Source of the DNA: Andalucia godoyi And28 | Lineage: Eukaryota; Protista; Jakobida | Direction: 5' to 3' | Length of the DNA: 64,000 nucleotides | Assembly (NCBI GenBank): GCA_009859145.1 | Contig: VRVR01000003.1 | Coordinates: 71,315 to 135,314, forward strand | Shown: positions 60,586 through 64,000 of the stretch, in pieces | Numbering within the stretch: position 1 is the stretch's first letter | Layout: each line of letters opens with the position of its first letter | Notes under the pieces: model-generated | Databases searched by the model: none | What the model saw: the letters and a program-made list of their open reading frames with translations, nothing else | Told to the model about the DNA's origin: nothing | Position numbers and translations under genes: made by a program

Positions 60586-60867
60586 ATGTCTCCTGCGGTT
60601 CCAAGTCGCTCTCAAGTCGTCGCGCTTTACCGGCAAGTTCTCCGAAACGGCCAGCAGTTTGCGGACTACAATTTCCGAGAGTATGTGCAGCGAATTGCGC
60701 GACAGGATTTTCGATCGAATGCAGCTCTTTCGGATCCTGTGCAGATCGCATCTGCATGGGAAAAGGGAGTGCAAGATGCGGCAATCGTCAAGCGACAGTC
60801 CATCATCAATTCCCTGTACTCGCACGGCCGTAGCGTTCTTGAAAAAGGCAAACCGGCATTACACTGA
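60586..60867 (+). CDS. LYRM4: LYR-motif protein ISD11/LYRM4 (Fe-S cluster assembly)
   Basis: VVALYRQVLR..QQFADYNFREY and IVKRQSIINSLY. Confidence 0.88.
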   Translation: MSPAVPSRSQVVALYRQVLRNGQQFADYNFREYVQRIARQDFRSNAALSDPVQIASAWEKGVQDAAIVKRQSIINSLYSHGRSVLEKGKPALH

Positions 60868-62276
60868 AGACCGGCACCCTATCTGTATATTGCAAAATAA
60901 TTTAATTTAAATTATTTTAAAAAAACAATAATAATAATCATGAAACAGAAAAAAAATGTACCTTAACTGCTCATGTGCCGTATCTCTTTTTTGTTTATAT
61001 TTGGACTCGCATGGTCGCAGTTGTTTGTCCATCGATGAGGGTGGACACTTTGGAATCTGTGCACAAAAGCATTCACAAAACATTAGACCACAACGATCAT
61101 CTATGGGAGGTTTGCACAAACAAGAGAAACCTCCGCGAACTGAGAGAGGGAAAGAGGGAAAAAGAGAGAGAGAGAGAGCGATTTTTTGCTTGTCAGGAAT
61201 AAGAGCACATTTCTCGATCATGATTTTTCAGATACTCTAGTCCGTTATGCATTGCATCATCATATTATTCTTCAAAAAACCGCTCTGCTGGAGGATTCTT
61301 CTCTGCTTCTTCGAACAAATGACAAGAGAGAACGCATACATACATTTTTTATGCTGTCGATCTACGTAACAGAACGAACCGAGGCCTTTGTTTTGAAAAC
61401 ATAAACCAATAATAATGTGTAAGCACAAATGTTTTCTTTTCTCACAAAAACAACAAAAACAGGGAAAACAGGGAAGGAAAACTATGAAACTCGATGAATT
61501 GAACCAACAAAATCAGTCAGCAAGTACAGCCAGTACTATCAACATCGTTATTCAGGCGGTAATTCCAAAATCCATCATGTTTTGAATGATTCAATCCGTT
61601 GTCGAGAGGGGGAGGGGGAAGCGCGAAGCAGAGAAACAAGGAATGATAGTAACTTCAACAAAGACATACATTGTATATTCTTTCTCGCTCTTTGTTGTTT
61701 TTTTAAATAAAAAAGCACCTTGCGAGTCGCAACGTTTAAACGAATTCCTGCATCTGATGCCAACGAAGTCCTGCCAAACAAGAAACCACACAGCTGCCCT
61801 TCTTCACGCCGACCGGATCCAAAGACGGGACATGTTTGGAAAGTAATGCTTGGAAGAAAAACGGAGAACGAAAGAAAGAATGAGACAGACAACGAGAAGG
61901 AAAGGGAAAGAACGAAAGAACGAAAAAAGGAAAACCCAGTGGAAAAAAGAAAAACGCGAGAATCTGGAAACCCTCGATTTCATGGAGCCTCTATCCGCCA
62001 TTGCACGTTTGTGATTGCACACGATCCTTTGGGACTCGAAGTGTGTGCACTGTCGTCGAATACAATCAATCACGATACGGGAAAGTTCGAATGCACGCAT
62101 CGTGACAACCGACCACAGATATCCAGGAACACGCACGATCCGAAACAACACGTGGTGCAGAGCGAGATTTTTTTCAGCAAAGGGCTTGCTTGGGGTGCTT
62201 CTCCTTCTTCTTTCTCTGTTGTCTTTTTCTTCTTCTGCTGTCCTTTCTTCCTCTGCCTTTTTCTGCATTTCTGAAA

Positions 62277-62748
62277 ATGGAGCGAGGAGATGAGCGAGTT
62301 GCGCTTGAATCCGAGATTGCACAGCTGATCTTCAAGGACAATCGCTGCACTTCACACTTTGCCTACTCGGACACGAAGCCAGAGACCGTACGTGTGATTA
62401 CGTACAATCCTCATCATGGTGGAGCGTCATTCCTTGTTGGGGTTTTCACTACGCTCACAGCCGCATTGGACTACGTTCGACAGTCGATCCGAAAAGACGA
62501 GCTCAGCTACTCGGTCACGTGGGCAAAGAGAGGAAATCCCGAACCACACGTCTCCTATTTCTACGGGACGTCTCTCAAAGAAGTATGTTCATTTATTATT
62601 ATTTTATTTTTTTTATTAAAAAATATTTATTTTATTCATTGTGTTTTGCGTGCGTGCGTGTGCTTCCCAGGTGGTGGACAAGTTTTACTTTGACAAGGAT
62701 CCTCTGGATTTCATTGTTCGATCGGTAACTCTAAACCCGTCTTCCTGA
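62277..62748 (+). CDS. Conserved-looking hypothetical protein; exons 62277-62582 and 62671-62748
   Basis: A GTATGT...CCCAG intron of 88 nt joins GTSLKE to VVDKFYFDKD in frame. Confidence 0.7.
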
Positions 62749-62786
62749 TTCCCCCGATATTATATACATAATAAGTAAATCTGTGG

Positions 62787-63758
62787 TTACTCGTCATCAC
62801 CATCGTTTTCGTTTTTTTCGTCGTTTTCGTCGTCTTCGGCGCTGTCAGCGTTGCTGTTGTTGTTGCTGCTGTTTTCGTTATCGGAGGAGGAATGGTAATT
62901 CTCAAACAGTGAACGCAGTCCTTCCGAGACCTTCGGTTGAGACTCCAGACGCGGCTTCTTGGATTTCAGTTGCATCGCCAGTTGTGCAATTCTGCTGCTT
63001 CCCAACGGCCGTTTCTTACTCTCGGCCGCCGGCTCTACGACGCCAGCATCCAGAAGTCGTCTCTCAGTCTGTTCGTTTGCATGACCATCATGACCATCGT
63101 CTACTATACTACCATCTGACTCCAAAACCTCTTCAAACACAGGTGGATAACCATGCATGTGTTCACGTGCACGGTCATCCACGTTACCATCATCGCGGTT
63201 TCCGGCATGCACAGCCCGAATGCTTGAGAGTAAGTCTTTCTGCGAGACCGTGTTTCTGCACTCCATCTGACTTTGAAGTGCATCAATCGCTTGTTTCGCC
63301 TCCATTTCAGCCTTGTTCTCCGCAGTACGGGCTTCAAGCAGCTTAAGCGGATCACTTTCCAAGGACTCCTTTTCATCCTTGACCTTTGCTTTGCGGTCTG
63401 CTTCTTCCTTCAGCAGCGAATACAGTCTCTTGCAACCGTTCTCCGCAGCATAGTCAAAATGCTCGGGATCCGTTCGAATGGTAAATTCCGCAGCACACAT
63501 TGGACACTTCATATAGAACCGCAGAACCGTGATGGATCCAAGATACTTTTCGCCCTGCACAGCCTCCTTCCGAGCATTGAACTTTGTGTCGGATTTTATT
63601 ATCTCGCCGCACGTGCTGCACTGCACATTGATCGGCAACATCATACGGATCTTCACTTGCCGCGGACCCGAACTCACATCTTTGGCCTTGCGTCGCGGAA
63701 CCTTGGATGGATCAAAATCAGGAGGATAATACTTTGAAAATACTTTGCGTTCCGACAT
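62787..63758 (-). CDS. YJU2: Splicing factor YJU2/CCDC94
   Basis: MSERKVFSKYYPPDFDPSK, RMMLP..VQCSTCG, KFNARKE, YLG..RFYMKCPMC and TDPEHFDY..ENG. Confidence 0.93.
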   Translation of the reverse strand: MSERKVFSKYYPPDFDPSKVPRRKAKDVSSGPRQVKIRMMLPINVQCSTCGEIIKSDTKFNARKEAVQGEKYLGSITVLRFYMKCPMCAAEFTIRTDPEHFDYAAENGCKRLYSLLKEEADRKAKVKDEKESLESDPLKLLEARTAENKAEMEAKQAIDALQSQMECRNTVSQKDLLSSIRAVHAGNRDDGNVDDRAREHMHGYPPVFEEVLESDGSIVDDGHDGHANEQTERRLLDAGVVEPAAESKKRPLGSSRIAQLAMQLKSKKPRLESQPKVSEGLRSLFENYHSSSDNENSSNNNSNADSAEDDENDEKNENDGDDE

Positions 63759-64000
63759 GTCACACAACGAAGAACAGAAAGAACAGGACAGCTGAAGGAG
63801 AAAATAAAAGATGAGAAAAATACTCGTCAAGAAACATGCGTAAAAATGAAAGAAAGAAATATAGGAGTACCATCCTCCAACCCAAACCTCTCCCAAACAC
63901 TTGTCTCGACAGGCTGCGCCTCAAACAGATTTTTTTTGTTAAAAAAAATTGTGGCAAAAGTGACTTTTTACAGTCAGCATCAGCGCCCATCATCAATTAC

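Overview
Gene-dense, intron-poor eukaryotic nuclear DNA, probably from a flagellated protist (SSNA1/DIP13 is present; the few introns start GTATGA/GTATGT). About 32 protein genes lie on both strands with short, microsatellite-rich spacers. Recognisable products: MRM1, SSNA1, PPCS, REV7/MAD2L2, ATG17-like, cationic amino-acid permease, TM9SF, VOC/glyoxalase, THEM6-like thioesterase, a FIG4/SAC phosphatase with extra domains, ataxin-7-like zinc-finger protein, two LEA-like hydrophilins, ARMC1-like, NHP2, RPL8, a TPR protein, a large LRR-multipass membrane protein, a USP, HLTF/RAD5, a CUE-like protein, a LIG1-type ligase, BMS1, LYRM4 and YJU2. I recognised no prokaryotic-type system, CRISPR array, tRNA, intact rRNA gene or transposase. 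The main unexplained signal is a family of dispersed intergenic repeats. It has two clear pairs (248-830 with 27672-28254; 16713-17040 with 38497-38789), more diverged copies at about 6660-6790 and 28570-28902, and weak candidates elsewhere. The copies share motifs and end in hairpins whose pairing is largely preserved by G-U and compensatory changes, with GNRA/UUCG loops. This fits a multicopy structured RNA or a non-autonomous mobile element. All alignments and folds were made by eye and need computational confirmation.
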